Shown here: one piece after another, positions 38,401 through 52,000 of the stretch
How positions within the stretch are numbered: position 1 is the first letter of the stretch
How the letters are laid out: every line of letters begins with the position of its first letter
Assembly (NCBI GenBank): GCA_043228905.1
Contig: JBHGNT010000020.1
Span: 10,416,001-10,480,000 of the forward strand
Direction: 5' to 3'
DNA: 64,000 bases
Origin: Azolla caroliniana
Lineage: Eukaryota > Plantae > Polypodiophyta
The notes under the pieces: generated by a model
Told to the model about the DNA's origin: nothing
Databases searched by the model: none
What the model saw: only the letters and a program-made list of their open reading frames with translations
Made by a program: the position numbers and the translations under genes

Positions 38401-39351
38401 CGAACTCCTCCCAGGTACGGCTCTCCGTCCGCACCTCGAGCACCTCTGCATGGATGCTCGGCATCGCCACTCGAGGGAACCCGGCAAGACGCCTCTCTTC
38501 CGGAATGTCCCGCATCAACATTTCTGCCCCGTAGGACGCCAAATACTTCGTGGCATCCTTTCCGCTGAACCGGCCGATCGTACCGACGACCGCCTCAATG
38601 GCTCTGTCGAGGGCACCGGAGCCCTCGCGCGCTCAGTATCCGATCCACGGCTGAAGCCATGGCCTCCGCAAGATCTGACCCTTTCATCTTCTGCTCTTCT
38701 GCCGCCTCCTTCACGTCAGGTTCACCAAGATGTCGAGGTATTCCTCGCGGATGCGTGGAATGAGGCGAGACCTCGGGGGTCCTGTACCGAAGAGCAAGAG
38801 AGAAAGGAGAAGAGACCCACTACGTGCGAGCGTAGATCCACAGGGACACGGCCCTTCGACACGAAGACGCGAGCGTGGAGACCAACACAGAGAGGCACAA
38901 CGGTATGTAAGTATATATTAACAAAGACAAACAACAAAACACGAAGTCGGTTACAACCGAACAGGCCGGCGAACAAATGTCGATGCCTGTTTGCAAACAC
39001 GCAGAAAGGAAGGAGTAGGTTGGAGGTGCTGCCGGAAGCACTCAGGCATTCCTCAGAGCAACGCGAGCCTCACGAAACCTGCACAGAAAGAAGCTACGGA
39101 GAGTATGGAAGAGAGAGAAGCCTTCGACCGACAGCCCGACAACACTTCGTCCTCTTTGATTCTCGATCCCCTCTCCCCTCCTCGTCTCCCTCCTTTTATA
39201 GGCAAGGAAGGAGCCGTTTCCTATTAACTTCCTACCTAGCGAATCTACCTACCTAGGATCTTCTATGTACAACATAGGCGTACGTGTATGAAGAGCCGGT
39301 TCCTATGCTCCGGCGCACCGATTCCGCTTGTGGACGGTTTTCTTCACGACA
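32418..39351 (-). mobile_element. Full-length non-chromoviral Ty3/Gypsy element; 621-bp LTRs 32418-33038 and 38731-39351
   Basis: TGTCGAGG...CACGACA LTRs; 4-bp TSD ACGT; PBS TGGTGAACCTGACGTG (tRNA-Trp-like) at about 38712-38728; PPT at 33039-33050. Confidence 0.93.
33112..38620 (-). pseudogene. Gypsy gag-pol with frameshifts and stops (gag, zinc knuckle, PR, RT, RNase H, INT)
   Basis: MWCDKDLHIRKDC; LVDHGSEINL; PQGGTNS/PFLDD; DTSPTGIG...ADMLSR; HxxxxxGH...CESC; YNPEANGKVERGH; WFGPY. Confidence 0.9.
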
Positions 39352-39355
39352 ACGT

Positions 39356-40469
39356 TGTCGCGGTAATCCGCGCTTACATGTCGAATCCGGGTGGGACCAC
39401 CGGGGTCATGGTCCGAATCCTCCGGAGTTGTAGGGAACTCGAATCCTCCGGAGCTTGCCGCGTTGCTAGCCGGTTCGCTCCCGGATACTCTCCGAACGCG
39501 ACCGGTAATTGCACGGGAAGTGAGAGAGCGCGCCCTCGTCCTTATCACACCCTTCCGCCCGTATGTACAAGGGGCCCAAAAGAGGCACGGGACACGACCC
39601 GGTTAATCGCGCCTGCGCACACGCACACACACATATACACACCCAGATACAACCGGCACCTCTACACCGGCGACCATGCACGCACCCGCTCTTGGACCCT
39701 ACCTACGCTTACCCGAAACACACATACACACATACATACGCAACGTTAGTTCCACATGGAGAGGAAGAAGGAGCCTGCATCCTAGGGCCAGTTGGGGAGC
39801 TCCCGAGCTCGTTCGCGCAACAGGACCCTCGTGTAGGGCATGCCTCTTCCAGAACAACCACCTCCTGTCACCAAGCCGCCTACAGGGAGCGCACGGGCTC
39901 GCAGACTCAAGTTGGGTCTTGCGTGCCAAGGAGGGAAACCTACCAACGAACCACCTAGCGCATGGGCTCGTCACGACCGATAGAAGCCAACACCCACACA
40001 CACACAGACATACTGGATTGTGGAGTGCTGAGAAGCCAACAAGCAGGAACTCACGAAAGGCGCAGACAATTCGCGCGCCACCTGCCACAACTGAACACAC
40101 TGCTCACACACGCACATTGATGACACCGAAACCCTAACAGAGAATAGAGAAAACTCACCCCAAGATGAAGAGAAGACAGAAATCGACGTTATGCACAGAA
40201 GTTTACTAACACCAAAATGGAACCCACGAAGGGGAACCTTTTTACAAGGGGCTCGCCCTCCCTTTTATAGAACAAGGTGAGGGTCACGTGACTATGTGGG
40301 ATAAATCCCGACTTACATGGGATTCTCTGTCCCAAATTAACTCCTACTCAGCGCCATAAAGACACCCCTATTGTTCACACGTTTTTACAAGGGTGAGTGC
40401 ACATGCTCCACCCCGCTGATTCTTCCGACATTCCCCGGTTTCTCACCATGGTCCGGAATCTTCACGACA
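39356..40469 (-). mobile_element. Solo LTR (about 1.1 kb) abutting the Gypsy element
   Basis: TGTCGCGG...TCTTCACGACA termini; flanked by ACGT (39352-39355) and ACGC (40470-40473). Confidence 0.75.
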
Positions 40470-43400
40470 ACGCATTGATGCCACATCAGCCGATACTACC
40501 ACTAGAACCATTCCAAAGATGGAAATTGGATTTTATCAGACCCTTCAAGCCGGCGGCAACACAGACCAAAAATAGGTACATCATCGTCGCAACGGATTAC
40601 TGTACTAAATGGGTAGAAGCCAAAGCTTTACACAGCAACACTATGGCTTCAATTGTGAAATTTTGGTACGAAAACATTTGGTGCCGGTTCGGATGCTCAA
40701 TTGAACTTATCAATGATCAGGCTAGGCACTTCATCAACCAAGTAGTCGAAAGCTTGACAATGTTTTATGCCGTCATCCATAAGAGGAGCATTCCATACTA
40801 TCCACAGGCAAATGGATTAGCCGAATCCACGAATAAGACATTGCAAAACATTTTAGAGAAGATTGTCAACGAAAACCGGATGGACTTGGACACGAAATTG
40901 CAAAGTGTGTTGTGGGCGTACAAGACCAATTATAAGACAAGCATCCGGTCGACACTATTCCGTATGGCTTTCAGATTGGAGGTGGTGATGTTGATAGAGT
41001 TCCAAATCCCAGGTTTACGAGTATAGGTACAAGAACGATTATAGGGAGTCCGAACAAGTTCAATTGGAGAAATTGTTAGAACTAGGAGAACATCGAGTAC
41101 AGAGCTTAATGCACCTGGAGTTGGAACAACGTTGAAGGAAAATGTTCGTGGATTGACACTGGAAAGGACATGAAAAACAATTTGGAATCGGGACACCAAT
41201 GTTAGTATTCCAAACCTCGATGGGACTGATGCCGAGCAAACTAATGTTTCGATGGATGGGACCGTACTAGATAATCAAGGAGTTCAATGGGTCGTATCAA
41301 TTGGGAACCTTAGCCGGGGAAGTGTTTGAGAAATGGGTAAATGGGTTCTGGCTTAAGCCTTATAAGGAACCGATGCCTAGCGAATCCATTTAAAGACCGG
41401 AAGAACGAGAGTGAGAATAAGGGAGCTGTGAATCGGGGCTCTGTGGGCACTAGCGAACGACCTAACAATTCAGCAATCCGGAACAATGGCGACACCGGTC
41501 AGGTATTGGAGGTCACTAGGTCGGAGGACCAACAAAGACAATGACATCCGGAGTCGACAGATAGAGCAAGGCGTATGGTCGACAAACAAATATATAAGTA
41601 TGTAAATATTAGAGAGCGAGAGAAAAAAAAAGATTTACCCACGAAACGTTATGATCCCATAATTAGCTATGAAATGACATCATAACTCCATAAATAGCCA
41701 TGACGATTGAGAGCGTGCCAATCGTGAAAAGGGAGTGGTGACGCATGGACAAGAAGGCACAGAGATAGGAATAGAAAGTCTTAGAATGAACGAAGGCATC
41801 TCATTCAGAGATAGAAATTTGTCAAGAGCACACAACTAGAGAGAAAACAGTCACGTGCACAAACAATTAGACACATATTGCAGCATTACCATCGATGAAC
41901 TCAAGCCAGAACTGATGGAGCTTTCTGTAGAAGGCAAAGCATGGTTGCAGCAGCACGATGTGGATGGATTCATTCGCGTTGTTGAAGCTTCACCATATCC
42001 GAAACTAGAGTTCAACGCGAAAAAGATCGATGTAGATGAGATATCCAAAGCCGCGGTCCAAGTGATGATCGAATTACAGAGCGGCGGGCTACAATCAATA
42101 GAAAATCAGGAGGCCAGAATATTGGACGAATACTTCGGGGAGTTCTCCATCACCAACAAGGCGTACAGAACACAAGGGGGTTCAGACCCGATGTTGCCGA
42201 AATCTGCGCGCATTTGTCGGATCGGGGGGGGGGGGGGAGACCACCAGGGTCACAGACTGGGAGAGATGGTTGCCGAAAGGACGATTTCTCTAGGGCCGGT
42301 TACACCAGCTCTGGCACCAACCGGGACGATTCCGGGTGCGAGAAGCAACCGAATCGGACAGATCCGTTATGCGACCGGATGGGTTCGGATGCATTCCTGA
42401 AGCAACCAGATTGAAGAGAGGGAGAGCACACGCACGCACACCAGCTCTTCGCACCCTCTTATATACAAGTCGACGAGCCTCCGGTGTCATGAAGGATGTG
42501 CTTCACAATATAAAAATGAATTTAAATATTGTATTTGATAATATTTGAGAAACTTGAACCCACAATCTTACATACCAAATACAAAGTACATACCACTAGG
42601 TTAGGTTATTTATTTAAAATATTAGAAATAATATAGTTCATGATATAAAAATAAACTTAAAATTATATTGTATTGAGCAAAATTCTAGAGACTTGAACCC
42701 ATAACCTCACACACCAAGTATGAACTATATATCATTAGGATAAGTTATTTTATATAATTATATTTTCATCAACATACTTATGACATGTTTATCTTCATAC
42801 ATTAGAGCTTAGATAAGCATGATGGCTATCATGCATCACATGTAATGCATGTGCGCCAATTGGCAATCATGCATCACATGCATTACATGCATGCCATGCA
42901 CCCTCATATACCATATGCATGACAATACTTATATAAAGAGGGGCAAGGAAAACAAGAGGGGAGGGAAGAGAAAGTTAGAGAAATAAGATGATCACACAAA
43001 CAAGTTAGCTCATTTAGGAAGAGGCTCGTGTTTCGAAGTTGGAGTCAAGGGTTCAAATCTAGAGTTTAGCGAAAGATAAATCGCATCTTGTGATCGACAT
43101 TGTAACTTTGGTAAAATATTGTGTTGTTAATATAAAGCTTGTTCATATAATACATTTCCACTTCTTAAATCATACATTGTCTCTTATCTCTTATCTATGC
43201 TCATATGTCTCTCGCACATTACTTCTAACGCTTGTTCTTTCTGTCCGTAATCTTTCTAACATTGTTGCACAAGCCTTATAAAATATATAGCCAACTCCTT
43301 TTAACCTTAGTCCCTGCGACTTCACCGCACGAACCACAACTACCCCGACATATTTGGTGAACCTGACGTGAAGGCGGTGACAAGGAGAAATGGAGGAGCA

Positions 43401-43688
43401 AATGAGGCTTATGTGTATGATGATGGAACAAGTGATACGAGAGCAAGGGATGATGGCAAGCATTGACAAAGTCGTCAATAATATTCTTGCACGAGTAGGA
43501 ATCTTCGAAGGTATAAATTTAACAAGATTTCTGAAGATTTATAATGAAGAAATGCTTGAACAAGGCATCAACGAAGCTGCAAAAATTAATAGCTTTCATC
43601 GAGTTGTTGTGATTGGGCTACAAGAAAGGATCCACGAGCTTCAGAGGGAGAATCAAACATGGACAACGTTTGAAAGAGCATTACTGAA

Positions 43689-44112
43689 TGAATACAACCT
43701 CAATGATATGTCAAGGATGACAAGGCGAGCTTTCATGGATTGGGTAGAGTCTGATAAACATTTATGTGTTTTGGACGTGTTAAAAGAGTTTTCAGAAAGA
43801 TTTGAGCAATTAAATGTTAGGGATAGAAATATAATAATGCCAGATAAAGTAATATTGTTTCTACAAGCTACTAATATTAAAGACGGGAAGGACTTGGGAA
43901 TGAATACAACCTCAACGATATGTCAAGGATGACAAGGCGAGCTTTCATGGATTGGGTAGAGTCTGATAAACATTTATGTGTTTTGGACGTGTTAAAAGAG
44001 TTTTCAGAAAGATTTGAGCAATTAAATGTTAGGGATAGAAATATAATAATGCCAGATAAAGTAATATTGTTTCTACAAGCTACTAATATTAAAGACAGGA
44101 AGGACTTGGGAA
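43689..44112 (+). repeat. 212-bp tandem duplication within gag
   Basis: TGAATACAACCTCAA... at 43689 and 43901; GAATG microhomology at the junction. Confidence 0.85.
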
Positions 44113-44406
44113 TGCTTCTAGAATATTAGAATAGTCTGAGTGGACTTACCAAAGACTGGGAGGAGGTGAAAAGGGCGTGTGCTCATTTCTGTAAAAGGAA
44201 GTTATGGTTTATGGAGCTACCTGAGAGAAAGGGAGACGAAACAAGGAACCACTCGGGAGAAAAGAAAGTGGAAGAGTCACTCTTGCACGAATAAGTGAAA
44301 GGCAAGAAAGACTTGTCGATCAAAGTGACGAAGCTGGAATCGGGATAAAGCTCAACTTCATCAAGTCAAGGAGGTGGCATTATCCAAAGGTGTATGTAGT
44401 GCGACA

Positions 44407-45124
44407 TGTTGGAAATTCGACGTTCCTTCTGTCCGACGCTCGGCCACAACCGAGATTCTTTTCATACACAGAAAAACAGGTAATGAAACGCGACACAAAG
44501 GGGAGAAATGGTACACAGGAGGTTTACGTGGAAAACCCCAAAATAAGGGAAAAACCACGGCAGCCCACAGGCTGCAAACTATCACTATGTAGGAATATAC
44601 AACAGTGAGTTCACTGAGGCAACGACCTCGTGCACTCAGATCTTCGCCACAGGCGGCGGTTACAACAAAGGCAACGACCTCGTCTCTCTCTCTCTCTCTG
44701 TACAGTTATGTGCTCTCGCTTCTTCTTGCACCAACAAGGAAGAATAACAACAACAAAAACGACAACTCCTAAAAGTTTGCCCTAAGTCATATTTATACTA
44801 ATATGACTTTTCGGCTATTTACAAATGTAGCCTCGATGGGCTCCATCCGGCTCTCCGTAGTCGGGTACTCCTCATCCGGTTCATACCGGGCCTACACCAT
44901 CCGGCTCTCCGCAGTCGGGTACTCCTCATCCGGTTCATACCGGGCCTACACCATCCGACTCTCCGCAGTCGGGTACTCCCCATCCGGTTCATACCGGGCC
45001 TACACCATCCGACTCTCCGCAGTCGGGTACTCCCCATCCGGTTCATACCGTTTCGGCCTCGGCCGAGTTTGTTCGTCGGCACTGTTCTTCTCCCTTCCCA
45101 TCCGGAGGGACCTGTTTCCCAACA
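44407..45124 (-). mobile_element. Solo LTR (718 bp) inserted in the gag zinc knuckle; contains a 54-bp tandem repeat x~4 (44843-45050)
   Basis: TGTTGG...CCCAACA; 5-bp TSD CGACA at 44402-44406 and 45125-45129; removal restores CM*CDNVDHKQKDC. Confidence 0.85.
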
Positions 45125-48100
45125 CGACAATGTCGACCACAAGCAGAAAGACTGTCAAGAACATAGGGATGCTCTTAATTATAATAAAATCTACTATCAA
45201 GATGGCAAGATGCACTCGACAGAGACTCGACAACCACTTCAACTCAACTTCGGGCGAGGTGGAATGAAATAGCTAATGGAAGATGCCGAGAGAGAAACGA
45301 CTTAAGCGATACAATCCGTGACAACCTTAGAGTTGTGAGTAGAAGACTCATACATATGGTGGATCTGGCTTTTGGCAAGATGTGATGGAGTATGCAAGAA
45401 AAGGGAAGGTTCGAGTGGATGAATTAAAAAGAGTGGGAGATGAAATACAACACTTCATTGGATGGAATGATCTGGTAGACACACTATCAGCATTTGCCCA
45501 AATGAATGCACAAGATGTATTAGTGGAAGAGAAGCAAAAGAGGGTTTTGGAGGCTGATCAGGCAAAAAGGCATAAGACACAAGAACAAGAGAGAAGAGAT
45601 ATGGAAAAGGATGCTCCAGAGTCAAATGAAGGTGATAAAGTAAAAGGGAAGACGGACCCGGCTTTCAAGCTTGCCTCAGATAAAACACATGTCACGGAAG
45701 AAGTTACGAGAGAGTGTGCATCAACAAGTCTCCAAGATTTGGATCATGACACCATCAATGTCACAGGTGTAAAGAAGATAAATGATGTTGGGATTCATGA
45801 AGGGGGTAGGAGTCATTATACAAGGAACCATTGGGCTCAAGCAACAACGGAAGCGCCTACAAAAATTGCGGAGCAACAGATTCCTTGTATTGCTTTGATA
45901 GATCATGGATCAGAAATTAACATGATGTCGTCAGAATGTTATGCTCAAGGAAGGTGGACAATCGATAAGAATCATGGGTCGAAGATAAGAGTTGCAACAG
46001 AGATGATGGAGGATCTATTCGGAGCATGTCCTAGTGTGAAAGTAACAATGGGAGATGTGTCGGTGGATCAAAATTTCTTTGTGCAAGATGGATCAACCTA
46101 CCCCGTCATCCTTGGTCAACCATACATCAACGTAGTAAGGATAGAAACAAAGGATAGTGAACCATACATCAACGTAATAAAGATGGAAACAAATGTGATT
46201 GATGATGGTTCGGCTTTCGTGAGGATCAAAAGTAAGGATGGAAGGAAGAGAGGCCAGTTCTTAACTGTGAGGCCTAACCATCAAAGAAACAAAGAATGCT
46301 TGAAGGGACATCTTGTTCGGAAATGGAGTTTTTCCAAGATTTTGGATGAACTTTGCACAACCAGTGTGCAAGTTCAGAGGGGGTGGGTGTCATGAAGGAT
46401 GCGCTTCACGATATAAAAATGAACTTAAATATTGTATTTGATAATATTTGAGAAACTTGAACCCACAATCTTACATACCAAATACAAAGTACATACCACT
46501 AAGTTAAGTTATTTATTTAAAATATTAGAAATAATATAGTTCATGATATAAAAATAAACTTAAAATTATATTGTATTGAGTAAAATTCTAGAGACTTGAA
46601 CCCATAACCTCACACACCAAGTATGAACTATATATCATTAAGATAAGTTATTTTATATAATTATATTTTCATCAACATACTTATGACATGTCTATCTTCA
46701 TACATTAGAGCTTAGATAAGCATGATGACTATCATGCATCACATGTAAGGCATGTGCGCTAAATGGCAATCATGCATCACATGCATTACATGCATGCCAT
46801 GCACCCTCATATACCATATGCATGACAATACTTATATAAAGAGGGGCAAGGAAAACAAGAGGGGAGGGAAGAGAAAGTTAGAGAAATAAGATGATCAAAC
46901 AAACAAGTTAGCTCATTTAGGAAGAGGCTTGTGTTTCGAAGTTGGAGTCAAGGGTTCAAATCTAGAGTTTAGCGAAAGATAAGTCGCATCTTGTGATCGA
47001 CATTGTAACATTGGTAAAATATTGTGTTGTTAATATAAAACTTGTTCATAATACATTTCCACTTCTTAAATCATACATTGTCTCTTATCTATGCTCATAT
47101 GTCTCTCGCACATTACTTCTAATGCTTGTTCTTCCTATCCTTAATCTTTCCAACATTGTTGCACAAGCCTTATAAAATATATAGCCAACTCCTTTTAACC
47201 TTAGTCCCTGCGACTTCACCGCACGAACCACAACTACCCCGACACCGGACCGAAAGAGGAGACACGCTGCGACACAAAACGACTCAACACACACACATCA
47301 CAACACATTCACCCGTGGAAAAAAAAGACACTAAAGACACTGACATCGACAGAGATACACCAAAGCTTGCTTATATGTATGTATATATATTACAAGAACA
47401 ATTAGAACGCTAGTTACGAGCCCGTCCTATTCCAAAGAGGGAAGGGAGTCATCCACGGGCAAGCTCCAGTCGGGGGGAGCACACGGGCTCGCCTACGCGA
47501 GTGGAGGCCTTGCACCGGACACAGTCTTCCCGCCGAAAACATAGTAGTCGTAAGCCGCCAAGCCGCCAATCAAGGGAGCACACGAGCACGCCTACACGAG
47601 TGGGGTCTTGCACAGAAGACGAAACTGCGAACCGGAGCCTCAAAGCACACGAACTAAGCAAACCCTAGTAGAGATGAAGCAACAAACCCTAATAGCGGAA
47701 ACTAACAAGACTTCACTCAGAAGAGAAACCCAACCCACATGACAATGACGACGAAGAACTAAATGAAACCCTAAAGAAAGTAAGAAGAAGAGAAAACTAC
47801 CAAACCCTAGATCTAACTATATACCCTCCTAACTCAAAATGGGAAACTTGGTAGGTCACCAATATTTACATTAGTGAAGGGTATGTTCACTAATGTTAAA
47901 AAGGGGACTAATGATTGGATAGAAGGAATGATAGGTGTGGACACACGTTTCCAAGCAATACATTACCTGACTCCTTCCTTGCTCCCATGTTGGGTAGTTG
48001 GCGTTTGTGATGCCAGGTTTGTTTTCGAGTGCACCGTTAATGTAATACCCTGGCCAACAAGGTATTGGTTCATCTTGTACTTCCAAGATGAATAATTGCT

Positions 48101-49084
48101 CCGATCTAGCTTTTCACTAGGGAGCGAGCTACCCATTTGTGTGTTCATGTTGATTAATGTCTTCTCTTCTTTTTCTTCTTTGGTTTTTCTTCCTTCGATC
48201 ACATACACGTGCTACGTAGGGGCACTATAGTAGCAGATAACTGGAATTTGTCGTCGGCATTTCGAACACACAATCACGAAGAGTCGGGTGGGCTTAGTGG
48301 ATGTGCTAAACCACACGCTCTAATACCATGTTAATAATTAGATAATTAAGCAAGGGTTAATTAGTACCTAATTATGTGATTAAGTTAAGCAACGGAAGAT
48401 TATGTGATATGTGTGCGTATGTGTGTGAGAGGAAGAGAGAGAGGAAGTTACACTTATGAACAATAATATAAATGGGGGATGACGAGAGTGTATATTAAAA
48501 AGCATCATCAAATACAAAATTACCCACAATGAGGTCTATATACATCTCATGTGCAAAGGTGCACATGTGTGAGTAGAATATAGGTACAAACGTGTAAGTC
48601 CTATATTAAATGTGTTGGAAGCGAGGTCGTCTTTGCGGAAGATCTTGAAGCATTCAGTTCTGTTCTTCTCCTGCGTATGACAGAATGTAGGTCGTTGCAC
48701 AGAGAGAGAGAGAGAGAGACACAAAAGAGTCTTTATTCCATAAAGCAAAAATACAACAATCCAACCTTACAAAGAGGTTACAAGGTCACTATATATAGTG
48801 ACTGACTTAGGGCAACTACCCTTTATGCTAATTACATAAATGGCCAAAACGGGATAATGTGAATACGTCCATTATACACATGTATTCGACACTCCCCCGT
48901 AATGGGCGTATACATGGGTTGTCTAAGATTACAGGTATAGACTTAGGTTCTCGGACATATCAGCTTTGTTCGAGTCGGCAGGGTCCGAAGGCAGAAGACC
49001 GAACTGGTTGGGTCGGAACAGTTGAAGCCGATCATTAAGGAACTGATGTCGGTTGTCGGGAACCATCCTGCTCTGTGTCCGGCT

Positions 49085-52000
49085 CTAACCGGACTGGTTT
49101 GTCGTTACGCCCATCTGATGCCGAAGAGACCGAAAACGGTCTGCCGAAAGACATTTGGTCATTCCATCTGCGACATTGTCGGTTGTGGATATTTTCTCTA
49201 GACCGATTTTCCCTGAGATGACGCAGTCCCGAACGAAGTGATATCGAACGTCGATATGTTTGGAGGCGTTGTGGTGAACCGGATTTTTCGACAAGGCAAC
49301 AGCACCTTGACTGTCGCTGTAGACAACTGGAGCCGAGTCATGGTCGACTTGTCGAAACGTGTGCGCCAGCCGACCGAGCCACAAAGCTTCTTTTGCTGCG
49401 TCGGACGCAGCTACATATTCTGCTTCGGTCGTTGAGGTTGCTGTGCACTCTTGAAGTTTCGACTTCCACGAGATTGCTCCATTGCCGAATTTGAAGCAGT
49501 ATCCGGTTGTTGATTTCCGACTGTCTATACAGCCGGCGAAGTCCGAGTCGGTGTAACCGACTACGCCTGAGGTTCGGTTCGGACCGAAAAGAATGCCGTG
49601 ATCTTTTGTGCCAGCCAGATATCTGAACACATGCTTGACTGCGTTCCAATGCGATCGGCCAGGATTGTGCATAAATCTGCTGACGACTCCTACGGCGTGA
49701 GAAATATCAGGCCGTGTCGCGACCATCAGGTACATAAGGGAGCCGACTGCCGGTGCATACGGTACCGACTTCATATCTTCCCCCTCCGGACCGGATGTCG
49801 GGCAGTCTCGCTGAGAGAGCCGAAGATTCATGGGGAGCGGGGTTGAAGCAGATTTGGCTGATTGCATGTTGAAGCGTTCCAAGACACGTCCGATATAGTC
49901 GGTCTGAGACAAAAAAAGATGTCGTTTATCGCGATGCCGACTAATCTTCATGCCAAGGATGTGTCGTGCCGGACCGAGGTCCTTCATGGCAAACTTCAAC
50001 CGCAGTTGCCGAATGAGATCGGCGAGTTCGCCCGCGTGGCGTCCAGAGATTAGCATGTCGTCCACGTAGATGATGAGGAAGATGGGTGATCCATCTTGAG
50101 CTGTGTTGGTGAAGAGACAATGGTCCTCATCGCTTTTTGAGAAGCCGATCGATTGGATGAAGTCATCGAACTTCTTGTACCATTGTCGTGGTGCCTGTTT
50201 GAGGCCGTATAGACTCTTCCTGAGTCGGCAGACTAGATGTTCTTGGCCGGTGGCCACGAAGCCTTTTGGCTGCTCCATATAAATTTCCTCCTCGAGATCA
50301 CCATGGAGGAAGGCTGTTTTGACGTCTAGCTGAATCAGCTCCAAGTTGTCGGCTGCCACTACGCCGAGTAGGAAACGAAGGGTTGTCATTTTCACCACTG
50401 GTGAAAAAATCTCGTCGAAGTCGACGCCGTATTCTTGTCGGAAGCCCTTCGCAACTAGTCTGGCCTTGTACTTTGGGGTGGTCGAATCAGACGTCTCTTT
50501 TAGTCGATAGACCCACTTGCAAGGAAGAGCACGTCGGTTCCTAGGTAATTCGACCAGATCCCAAGTCTTGTTTGCCCGAATGGAGTGCATTTCCGACTCC
50601 ATCGCCAGATGCCAGGTGGCCGAATCGACAGATGTCGATGCTTCTTCGTAAGACGTCGGTTCGCCGGCGTCGGTGAAGAAAATTCCAGGAGAATACCTCT
50701 CCGGAGGTTGCGACAGTCTCTCGGATCGTCGAGGTAAGATTGGACTGGTCGCATCGGGTATCGAGGTCGGACGGTCCGAAAGCGGATTGTTCTGCTGTGC
50801 CGAGTCGGGGTTGTCCGAGTCGGTAGTGTAAGGTTCAGCTACCCGTGAAGCTGACCGTGTGTTGAGAGCGGGGCCTTCTTGAAGGGTCGGCACATCGGAA
50901 AATGTTACCCTTCGGACTTCGATCGGTTTTTCGACTGATGGATTCATAGCCGACTCATTGAACACAACGTCCGAACTTCGAACGATTTGTCTGCGTTCGG
51001 GGTCCCAGAGTCGGTATCCCATTTCGCCGTCGGATCCATATCCAAGGAAAATGCATTTCCTGGACCGAGGTGCAAGTTTTCGGCGATCATCTTTCGGAAT
51101 AAGGGCGTACGCCTCGCATCCGAAGATCCTCAGCTTGTCGTAATTCGGCTTACTGCCGATCCATAGTTCCTGAGGAATTTGAAGTCCTAGAGGTCTACTT
51201 GGCGACATATTGATTATGTGTACTGCCGTGAGTAGAGCCTCTGCCCAGAAGCCGTCTGACAGTCCGGAGTGTTGGAGCATGGAAACTATCCGTTCTTGGA
51301 TTGTCCGATTCATGCGTTCGGCAATCCCGTTTTGCTCCGGGCTGTGTGGTGCCGTAAATTCACGTCGGATGCCGCGTTGTCGGCAGAATTTGACGAATTC
51401 TTCGGATTTGAACTCTCCCCCATTGTCGGTCCGAAAGCATTTCAGTTTTCGGCCGGTTTGATTTTCTACCATAGCGAGCCAATCTGAGAAGATCGAGAAG
51501 ACCCGATCTTTGGTGCGAATTGGATAAGCCCACACCTTTCGAGTCGAATCGTCAATAAAAGTGACGAAGTAAGATGCACCGCCTAGAGACTGATGCGGCA
51601 TTGGGCCACAGACGTCCGAATGGACTAAATCGAGAGGTCTCGTTTCTCTTGGTGCTGATGTCGGGTGTGATGCGGCTACTTGTTTGCCATACTGGCAATG
51701 CTCGCAGAATTGATGGTCCGAGAAGGAGAGTTTGGGGATGTATCCGGCTCTAGATAGGTGCGTGATGCCGGCCTTGCTGAGGTGTCCCAGTCTTCGGTGC
51801 CATAATGATGACACAGGAATATCCACCAAGAACAGGTTACCCTCTCTGAGCGTAACATGTAACGGATACAGGGAGTGTATCTTAGGTCCTCTAGCAAGCA
51901 GGAGGTTCCCCCTGTGGAGTGTCCACCCTCCCGAAGAAAAACCGGCACGAATGCCGTCTTCATCTAGTTGTCCGACTGAGATCAATGGCCGTGAGAGCTC

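Larger units (their letters stand above)
32271..41400 (+). pseudogene. Degenerate Ty3/Gypsy integrase (32271-32417 joined to 40470-41400), split by two LTR insertions
   Basis: GHYAGEATIRKIWQSGLCWPT...YCHECDLC*RMGQPTEH continues as ALMPHQPILPLEPFQRWKLDF...DYCTKWVEA...YYPQANGLAESTN. Confidence 0.8.
42485..47244 (+). mobile_element. Non-autonomous Gypsy-derived LTR element (gag + protease only); LTRs 42485-43350 and 46388-47244
   Basis: TGTCATG...CCCGACA LTRs; 4-bp TSD CCGG; PBS TGGTGAACCTGACGTG at 43355; PPT AGAGGGGGTGGG; gag 43390-45300 and PR LIDHGSEINM; no RT or INT. Confidence 0.88.
42215..47830 (-). mobile_element. LTR-like sequence related to 39356-40469, split by the 42485 element
   Basis: Starts TGTCGG; shares motifs (GGGAGCACACGGGCTCGC, AAACCCTA, CACACAC tracts) with the solo LTR; right end not defined. 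Confidence 0.4.

Noticed and set aside
41855-42400. 181-aa ORF as a host gene
   Set aside because: Truncated by an LTR at 42215 and lies in the 3' region of a decayed Gypsy; function not assignable.
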